The notes beneath the pieces are model-generated. The model made no database searches. It worked only from the letters and a program-made list of their open reading frames with translations, and was not told where the DNA came from. A program made the translations under genes and the position numbers. Shown here in pieces: positions 6,078 through 11,592 of a stretch of 11,592 nucleotides of DNA. Source of the stretch: a virus (Duplodnaviria; Heunggongvirae; Uroviricota; Caudoviricetes); the IMG/VR virus record IMGVR_UViG_2657245521_000009; one strand, given 5' to 3'. How positions within the stretch are numbered: the first letter of the stretch is position 1; each line of letters begins with the position of its first letter.

Positions 6078-6123
6078 GACGGTATCCGTTAACAAAGTTT
6101 TCCTGGCTGATACCGTCCTTTTT
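6078..6123 (+). terminator. Intrinsic terminator, plus strand
   Basis: 9-bp stem GACGGTATC/GATACCGTC (6078-6086 / 6109-6117), 22-nt loop, then CTTTTT (6118-6123); the reverse strand has no U tract. Confidence 0.5.
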
Positions 6124-6308
6124 CAGAATGAATTTTATAGTGTGGTGAATGCGGCTCAGCGCACGTGACACAGTTAAAAACATGTCAGTCCTTCATCTGT
6201 TGATGGGTGGGAATGTTCGTCGGCAGTAATGGTTAGCTGTTTACTGTCACCGGGAGGCACCCGGCACCACACTCCAAAATTCATTGTGTTACCAGAATGG
6301 AGACAACT

Positions 6309-6599
6309 ATGCCAGTTACACCTGAAATAAAACAAAACTCAGACTGGATGCGGCGCAACAAATCTGAACAAACCGCCCCTGCCTGTAAGCCTGGTATTAT
6401 TCAGAAAATATTAAGTACGCTGAACCAGAAAGGTGACCCCACCCTTATTCCTTGCGCTTATTGTGGCAAAGCCATCAACAAAAGTGAAATCGTGGAGCAT
6501 GAACTTATTTATATAAACGGAAGTCAGCTCGCAAGAAAAACGAATCTATATTGCAGTAAACGATGTGCCGAATATGACCAGATGGCACATGAATCTTAA
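6309..6599 (+). CDS. Hypothetical Cys-containing small protein (CAYCGK ... CSKRC, possible zinc ribbon), 96 aa
   Basis: ORF 6297..6599; start set at ATG 6309, which has GGAGA 5 nt upstream; family not recognised. Confidence 0.5.
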   Translation: MPVTPEIKQNSDWMRRNKSEQTAPACKPGIIQKILSTLNQKGDPTLIPCAYCGKAINKSEIVEHELIYINGSQLARKTNLYCSKRCAEYDQMAHES

Positions 6600-6682
6600 T
6601 AGCTGAAAGTTTAACACTGCATTAACCCTGAAACTATGCCTGCAATGGCAGGATATCACTCACCCTGAAAAGAGAATATAAA

Positions 6683-7015
6683 ATGAGAAAGACACCGAGC
6701 GAATCAGTAATTAATGAACTCAACAAACGAGCAAAGGAAATTCTTGAACTGTGTGAGAAAAACGATATTCCGGTTGTTTTTTGTTACTCATTCGAATTAA
6801 GCCGGAATGAAAATGGATATTTAAACAACAAATCCATTACAGCTTATATCAATAAAGAGAAAGGAGCATGGGATTCAACAATAGCCGCAGCCAGCATGAT
6901 CCTGCGGATGAAAGAGGTTCCTGAGATAGCTATCCATGCAATGGCTGAAATGGCTGCGATTTGTGACATCACACGGACTGCATCCGGTACTTCAGATGAA
7001 AAAAGCCTGCACTAA
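6683..7015 (+). CDS. Hypothetical protein, 110 aa
   Basis: ORF 6683..7015 with ATG start and weak AAGAGA SD; followed by a terminator-like hairpin that contains its stop codon; family not recognised. Confidence 0.5.
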   Translation: MRKTPSESVINELNKRAKEILELCEKNDIPVVFCYSFELSRNENGYLNNKSITAYINKEKGAWDSTIAAASMILRMKEVPEIAIHAMAEMAAICDITRTASGTSDEKSLH

Positions 7016-7027
7016 GGCAGGCATTTT
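7005..7027 (+). terminator. Candidate intrinsic terminator after the 110-aa gene
   Basis: 6-bp GC stem GCCTGC/GCAGGC (7005-7010 / 7017-7022), 6-nt loop containing the TAA stop, then ATTTT; same stem sequence as the hairpin at 5267-5293. Confidence 0.45.
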
Positions 7028-7078
7028 CCCGGTTTTTACATCCCGGCGATGCTGAGGTGGGCGACCAAACCCACCGAC

Positions 7079-7095
7079 AGAGACATGACCAATGA
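7079..7095 (+). repeat. Copy 3 of the 17-nt element (AGAGACATGACCAATGA), plus-strand sense
   Basis: 16/17 identical to the minus-strand copies; embedded ATG is 67 nt upstream of the recE start (7152) and opens a mini-ORF MTNEHQR; flanked by hairpins at 7056-7075 and 7102-7122. Confidence 0.65.
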
Positions 7096-7151
7096 GCACC
7101 AGAGGTGATCACCGATCGCCTCATTCTAAACAGAAGTGAGGTTAAAAAACA

Positions 7152-10100
7152 ATGAGTGATAAGAAAGAAGATTTCGCGCTGTACTGCCCTGTTAAAAATG
7201 AAGAGGCCAGGAAACGACTTGGAATAAAAGCAGGCTTTTTCTGGGCAACTGCAAAAAAATTATCTGTGGCTGTTTCCCGCTGTATTGCTGCTATGGACGA
7301 TAAGGGGTATGACGAGGATGACTTTAAAAAACCTGTTCGCGTCAATTACCCCGTCGTTAACGACCTGCCTCCTGAAGGCGTGTTTGATACTGAATTCTGC
7401 AACCGTTACGAAAAAGGCGGTCAGGGTGGTATCACAATGGTACTTATCCCCGGCGCTGTTCCCGCCGATCCAATGCACGGCGAAGTCGGCAGGGATATTA
7501 CTGGCAGCGGCAACGCAGACGCAGACGCAGACGCAGGCACAGACGCAGATAATGCTACGGACAATACCGAAAGTACGCTCCTCCCCGCTTACGCTTATAA
7601 CGTCAACGGCGAACTGATGTCGGAAGTGGAAAAGGAAATGTCGCAGCCTGTTTCAGGACTAAGTCTGCCACTTCGTTTCCTGGCGCAATTTAATAACGAC
7701 TGTCCACAACATCAGGTCACACCAGAGCGTTTACGGGAGTTAAACCTTACAGAGCAGGATCCCGACAGTCGTACCGGAACTATTTTACTCGCCATCCAGA
7801 ACAGAAAGGAACAGCTCGAAAAACTGGACACAAAAAACCTGCATCCTTTGGCGACGTACATTGAAAAAGTATTTCCCTGCGGAAAACGACCACAACTCAA
7901 TGATGTCATTAATTTTATCGATGCCGTACTTAATACAGACTATGTCGATCGCGGACTGCTCGTTAAGGAATGGTGCGAAGGTCGTCGAGCCGCGTGCGTA
8001 GAGCATGTAACAGCACCAGAAACCAGGCGTGATAATACTGTGTCAGCGCAGACGGAAACGAAGACTACTGTCACTGAACGTCCGCGTCGTAGCGAAAAAA
8101 CAACGCACCGGACGATTAATTATGAAATTGGCTGTGGCTTATATGACGGCGAGCTGGATCTTCATAACCTGAGGGAACCGCTGGATTTTGCGAAACGCAT
8201 TATGGCGAAAGACCGGGAAGACTGGAAAGTATGGTCAGACACAATCAACTGCATCCCTGGCATCCTGAATTATGACCGCCAGACCATTATCGAGATGGTA
8301 CGAAAAGCCCCCACCCCGACTTATCACAGTGCTGCACTGCGCCGCGAGTGGTGTGATTCTTATCTGCGAGCCTGGGGACGGCTCGATCCCGACTGGAGCC
8401 AGAGCGCCGCTGTCAAAACAGCAGAGTCACATGAAGATGTCTGTGCTGATATCAGGAAGGCCGGAAAGCGCCTGCGTGAAATTGAATCAGGAGTTGGGAT
8501 CAATGAAGAAAAACAGACGACACAGGGAGAACTGGCAGATGAACCGTCAGCGCCTGAATCAGTGGAACCGGCTTCAGCTGAACATCAGCAGAATACGCAG
8601 CCGCTGGATGCTGAGGCATCTGTAAACACCACTAAAACGGAATTCGATGTATTTGCTCTAATGCAGAACTCATCTGTTTATGGCAGCAAAAACACACAGG
8701 AGACGACCAGCAATGTGCAGGTTCAGGACGCTGAAAAGGATGAAAAACAGGCTGGTACTGAAGTTCAGTCAGGCGAAAGCAGTCTGGGAACTGGTGAAGA
8801 GTCAGATACCAGACAGCAAGCCGATGTAAACCAGAATACGGATTCTGTCGCCCAAAATAGCGATTCTGTAAACCAAACTGAACCAGTTTTGGCACAAACC
8901 GAGCCAGAAGTGCAATCTGACGAACCGGCTGTTGTTTACCCCGCTTACTTCGAACCAGGCCGCTATGAGGGTCTGCCGAACGAGGTTTATCACGCAGCCA
9001 ACGGTATCAGCTCGACAATGGTAAAAGATGCGCGGGTGAGCCTGATGTACTTCAATGCGCGCCACGTAGAGAAAACCATTATCAAAGAACGCTCTCCTGT
9101 ACTGGATATCGGTAACCTGGTGCATGCACTGGCGTTGCAGCCAGATCAACTCGATGAAGAATTCAGCATTGAACCCGTAATTCCGGAAGGTGCATTTACC
9201 ACCACGGCAACGATCCGCGCGTTTATTGATGAGCACAACGCCAGCCTGACAGCGATGCTGTCAGCCGACGACATCAAAGCACTGTTAGAAGAGTACAACG
9301 CCACCCTTCCTGCTCAGGTTCAGTTAGGTGGTTCCGTGGAGGAAACTGGCCAGAGCTATATGTCGCTGCCAGAAGAGTTCCAGCGTCTCGAAGCGGACAA
9401 GAAGCAGACCGCAGCGGCAATGAAAGCCTGCATCAAGGAATACAACACCACACTGCCTGCACAAGTGAAAATCAGCGGTAGCCGTGATGCGTTACTCGAG
9501 CAGTTAGCAATCATCAATCCTGACCTGGTGGCGCAGGAAGCGCAGAAGCCCGCGCAGTTGAAAGTGTCCGGCACCAAAGCGGATCTGATTCAGGCCGTGA
9601 AGTCTGTTAATCCTGATGCCATCTTCGCCGACGAACTGCTGGATGCGTGGCGCGAAAATACGCAAGGGAAAGTGCTGGTCACCCGCCAGCAACTGAGCAC
9701 TGCACTGAGCATTCAGAAAGCCCTGCTCGAGCACCCTACAGCGGGCAAGCTACTGACACACCCGAGCCGCGCCGTTGAGGTGAGCTACTTCGGTTTTGAC
9801 GACGAAACCGGTCTGGAAGTCCGCGTTCGTCCCGACCTTGAGATCGATCTTGACGGGGTGCGCATCGGCGCCGACCTGAAAACCATCAGCATGTGGAACA
9901 TTAAACAGGAAGGTCTGCGCGCCAAACTGCACCGCGAAATCATCGACCGTGACTACCACCTGAGTGCTGCCATGTATTGCGAGACCGCAGCGCTTGACCA
10001 GTTCTTCTGGATTTTCGTCAACAAAGACGAGAACTACCACTGGATCGCCATCATCGAGGCATCCGCCGAACTTCTGGAACTGGGCATGCTGGAGTACCGC

Positions 10101-10256
10101 AAGGCAATGCGCGCCATCGCTACCGGCTTTGACACTGGCGAGTGGCCAGCGCCGATCACCTCCGGTAACTCCGATGAAATAGCCGACTACACCGACGAAC
10201 TGAACGATTTCGACACACGCCGCCTTGAAGCGCTGCGTACGGCACAAGGGGAATGA
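7152..10256 (+). CDS. recE: RecE-like exodeoxyribonuclease VIII (5'-3' dsDNA exonuclease with PD-(D/E)XK-type C-terminal domain), 1034 aa
   Basis: N-terminal segments NYPVVNDLPPEG, LPLRFLAQ and EHQQNTQPLDAEASVN resemble E. coli RecE as I recall it; C-terminal region has GLPNEVYHAANGISSTMVKD and RPDLEIDLDG...GADLKT consistent with a PD-(D/E)XK nuclease; followed by a start-overlapping annealing-protein gene. Confidence 0.8.
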   Translation: MSDKKEDFALYCPVKNEEARKRLGIKAGFFWATAKKLSVAVSRCIAAMDDKGYDEDDFKKPVRVNYPVVNDLPPEGVFDTEFCNRYEKGGQGGITMVLIPGAVPADPMHGEVGRDITGSGNADADADAGTDADNATDNTESTLLPAYAYNVNGELMSEVEKEMSQPVSGLSLPLRFLAQFNNDCPQHQVTPERLRELNLTEQDPDSRTGTILLAIQNRKEQLEKLDTKNLHPLATYIEKVFPCGKRPQLNDVINFIDAVLNTDYVDRGLLVKEWCEGRRAACVEHVTAPETRRDNTVSAQTETKTTVTERPRRSEKTTHRTINYEIGCGLYDGELDLHNLREPLDFAKRIMAKDREDWKVWSDTINCIPGILNYDRQTIIEMVRKAPTPTYHSAALRREWCDSYLRAWGRLDPDWSQSAAVKTAESHEDVCADIRKAGKRLREIESGVGINEEKQTTQGELADEPSAPESVEPASAEHQQNTQPLDAEASVNTTKTEFDVFALMQNSSVYGSKNTQETTSNVQVQDAEKDEKQAGTEVQSGESSLGTGEESDTRQQADVNQNTDSVAQNSDSVNQTEPVLAQTEPEVQSDEPAVVYPAYFEPGRYEGLPNEVYHAANGISSTMVKDARVSLMYFNARHVEKTIIKERSPVLDIGNLVHALALQPDQLDEEFSIEPVIPEGAFTTTATIRAFIDEHNASLTAMLSADDIKALLEEYNATLPAQVQLGGSVEETGQSYMSLPEEFQRLEADKKQTAAAMKACIKEYNTTLPAQVKISGSRDALLEQLAIINPDLVAQEAQKPAQLKVSGTKADLIQAVKSVNPDAIFADELLDAWRENTQGKVLVTRQQLSTALSIQKALLEHPTAGKLLTHPSRAVEVSYFGFDDETGLEVRVRPDLEIDLDGVRIGADLKTISMWNIKQEGLRAKLHREIIDRDYHLSAAMYCETAALDQFFWIFVNKDENYHWIAIIEASAELLELGMLEYRKAMRAIATGFDTGEWPAPITSGNSDEIADYTDELNDFDTRRLEALRTAQGE
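7515..7550 (+). repeat. In-frame tandem hexanucleotide repeat (GCAGAC)n inside recE
   Basis: GCAGAC x3 then GCAGGC, ACAGAC, GCAGAT; encodes ADADADAGTDAD in an acidic linker. Confidence 0.8.
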
Positions 10257-11308
10257 TGATGGAAAAAAACAACGTAGCAGTAATTGAACATAACGAACCG
10301 AGCACGATGAATAACACATCCCTGCTTCTGAATATCGACGTCATGGATCGCATGATGAAGCTAGCAGAGGTGATGTCTCAGGGCGTCGCGACAGTACCGA
10401 AACATCTACAGGGAAGACCTTCTGATTGTCTGGCAATAATCATGCAGGCCGCTCGTTGGGGTATGGACCCATTTGTTGTAGGACAGAAAACACACCTGGT
10501 TAACGGGGCTCTGGGTTATGAAGCACAGCTTTACAACGCTTTAATCACCAGCTCCAAAGTTGTACACGGGCGCTTTAAATACGAGTACGGCGGTGAGTGG
10601 GAAAAAATTGTTGGCAAAAAAGACGGGCGTGATGAATCAGGTTTGTTTGTTCGTGTCGGAGCAGTTCTTCGAGGCGAGACAGAGGTGACCTGGGGAGAGC
10701 CAATTTACCTTGCTGATATTACTACGCGAAATTCCCCTTTGTGGAAAACCGCACCTAAACAGCAAATAGGTTATTTGGCCGTTAAGTATTGGGCGAGGAC
10801 TTACTGCCCTGAAGTCACAATGGGTGTTTATGACAGAGAAGATCTGGAACAACGAACAGAGCGCGAAATTAACCCTGCACCAATCCAACGAATGAGCGCT
10901 GCTGAAATCGCAGGTGACACCGTCACAACCACACAAAACACGCAGGAATCGTCAGTAAATATCGACTCACTGGCTGATGTTTTCCGCGAACGCATCAATG
11001 CTACGCAGGATGTAGACAGCGCCAAAGTAGTCCGGGCTGATATCGAAAGCGCGAAGGTCACACTCGGTTCGGCTCTGTTCACCGAACTGAAAAACAAGGC
11101 AGTGAAGCGCTATTACCTGGTAGATCACCGCAACAAAGTTGAAGCCGCGATCAACTCCCTGCCGTCTCCGGACGAACCGAATGCAGCAGAACGGTTCGGA
11201 GAAGTTGAGCGAGCTCTTGCTGCGGCCAAACGTCACCTGGGTGACGAGCTGCACGATCAGTTCAGCATCACCCTGGCAGATATGAAACCGGAATACATCA
11301 CTGCATAA
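10253..11308 (+). CDS. recT: RecT/Red-beta-superfamily single-strand annealing protein (putative), 351 aa
   Basis: Start overlaps the recE stop (ATGATGATG, three candidate ATGs at 10253, 10256, 10259; the AAGGGGA SD favours the second or third); motifs ALGYEAQLYNALITSSKV and PLWKTAPKQQIGYLAVKYWAR resemble conserved RecT blocks from memory; synteny with recE. Confidence 0.55.
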   Translation: MMMEKNNVAVIEHNEPSTMNNTSLLLNIDVMDRMMKLAEVMSQGVATVPKHLQGRPSDCLAIIMQAARWGMDPFVVGQKTHLVNGALGYEAQLYNALITSSKVVHGRFKYEYGGEWEKIVGKKDGRDESGLFVRVGAVLRGETEVTWGEPIYLADITTRNSPLWKTAPKQQIGYLAVKYWARTYCPEVTMGVYDREDLEQRTEREINPAPIQRMSAAEIAGDTVTTTQNTQESSVNIDSLADVFRERINATQDVDSAKVVRADIESAKVTLGSALFTELKNKAVKRYYLVDHRNKVEAAINSLPSPDEPNAAERFGEVERALAAAKRHLGDELHDQFSITLADMKPEYITA

Positions 11309-11323
11309 CGGAGGTGGTTGAAT

Positions 11324-11500
11324 ATGCCCAGATCAAACCCACCACAAAAGCAGGAGGCACTCATTCAGATAATCATCGAGGAAGTGAACCTGCGTGGTCG
11401 CCTGACCGTTAACCAGGCATCAGAGATGTTGTCGCTGCACCGTGGGACAACAGAAAAGTACTTTCGGGAAGCGACAATACGCGTAAAAATCTTATTTTGA
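11324..11500 (+). CDS. Hypothetical small HTH-like protein, 58 aa (possible Xis/AlpA-like DNA-binding protein)
   Basis: ATG 11324 with GGAGGTGG 7 nt upstream (track ORF begins at TTG 11318); segment LTVNQASEMLSLHRGTTEKYF looks like a helix-turn-helix; assignment is tentative. Confidence 0.4.
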   Translation: MPRSNPPQKQEALIQIIIEEVNLRGRLTVNQASEMLSLHRGTTEKYFREATIRVKILF

Positions 11501-11510
11501 GGAGGGCGAA

Positions 11511-11592
11511 GTGGCGGAGCAATTAGAGTTCTTTCCCGTCCAGAGCCCGTGCCGGGGAATTTGCCAGTCTGACGAACGCGGGTTTTGTCGCG
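11511..11592 (+). CDS. Partial CDS (first 27 codons), Cys-rich N-terminus, DUF1289-like pattern (tentative)
   Basis: GTG 11511 with GGAGGG 4 nt upstream; translation MAEQLEFFPVQSPCRGICQSDERGFCR; continues beyond the window end. Confidence 0.35.
   Translation, partial: MAEQLEFFPVQSPCRGICQSDERGFCR

Larger units (their letters stand above)
5905..6123 (+). ncRNA. Candidate structured noncoding RNA unit (sRNA), about 205 nt
   Basis: -10-like TATAAA (5905-5910), palindrome ATACGAA-A-TTCGTAT (5917-5931), imperfect ~24-bp inverted repeat (5963-5986 vs 6019-6043; one mismatch, one bulge; 32-nt loop), then terminator hairpin plus T5 (6078-6123). No ORF of 60 aa or more with SD in 5832-6296. Confidence 0.3.

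Noticed and set aside
5832-6296. DicF-like sRNA or a short toxin ORF (MSENHNSAVCSL at 6041; MSVLHLLMGGNVRRQ at 6187)
   Set aside because: No match to the DicF sequence as I recall it; the short ORFs lack an SD and are not hydrophobic toxin-like, so I describe the region only as a candidate noncoding unit.
3362-7095. The 17-nt element copies considered as terminal inverted repeats of a mobile element flanking the immunity region
   Set aside because: No transposase or target-site duplication; three copies rather than two, and each is positioned relative to a gene start, which fits cis-regulatory use better. Not fully excluded.
7515-7550. Tandem hexamer repeat considered as a CRISPR or other array
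   Set aside because: 6-nt units with no spacers, in frame inside recE; it is a coding microsatellite.
7142-11254. Internal and antisense ORFs within recE and the RecT-like gene (e.g. 7285..7617, 8272..8625, 8802..9236, 9750..10319, 10637..11254)
   Set aside because: Fully contained in long, well-supported genes; 7285..7617 owes its TQTQTQ tract to the hexamer repeat read in another frame.

Overview
This window reads as the early-control, replication and recombination core of a Rac-like lambdoid prophage of an enterobacterial host (about 50% GC). All calls are from reading the sequence and ORF track; no database search was run. Minus strand, from 4703 downward: a Cro-like YdaS-family HTH gene, a CII-like YdaT-family gene, a 73-aa gene, a replication organizer (DUF1376/YdaU-like), a DnaC/IstB-like helicase loader, a 246-aa tandem-repeat protein and two small nin-region-like genes. 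Divergent from cro is a CI/RacR-like HTH repressor (4806-5240). Downstream on the plus strand are small accessory genes, a 1034-aa RecE-like exonuclease VIII and a start-overlapping RecT-like annealing protein. No integrase, tRNA, rRNA, CRISPR array or transposase was seen. Signals the gene map does not explain: (1) a 17-nt element present three times, each 40-67 nt upstream of a major early gene in transcript-sense orientation; (2) a second shared element of about 27 nt upstream of two minus-strand small genes; (3) a promoter-to-terminator noncoding unit (5905-6123) containing a ~24-bp imperfect inverted repeat, a candidate sRNA; (4) two small genes embedded antisense inside the two early operons (3452-3664 plus; 5643-5831 minus), each with a strong Shine-Dalgarno; (5) operator-like TTGTA/TACAA half-sites on both sides of the repressor gene. 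I did not find a classical multi-gene defence system; the most likely places for new biology are the antisense-embedded small genes, the noncoding unit and the repeated cis elements.
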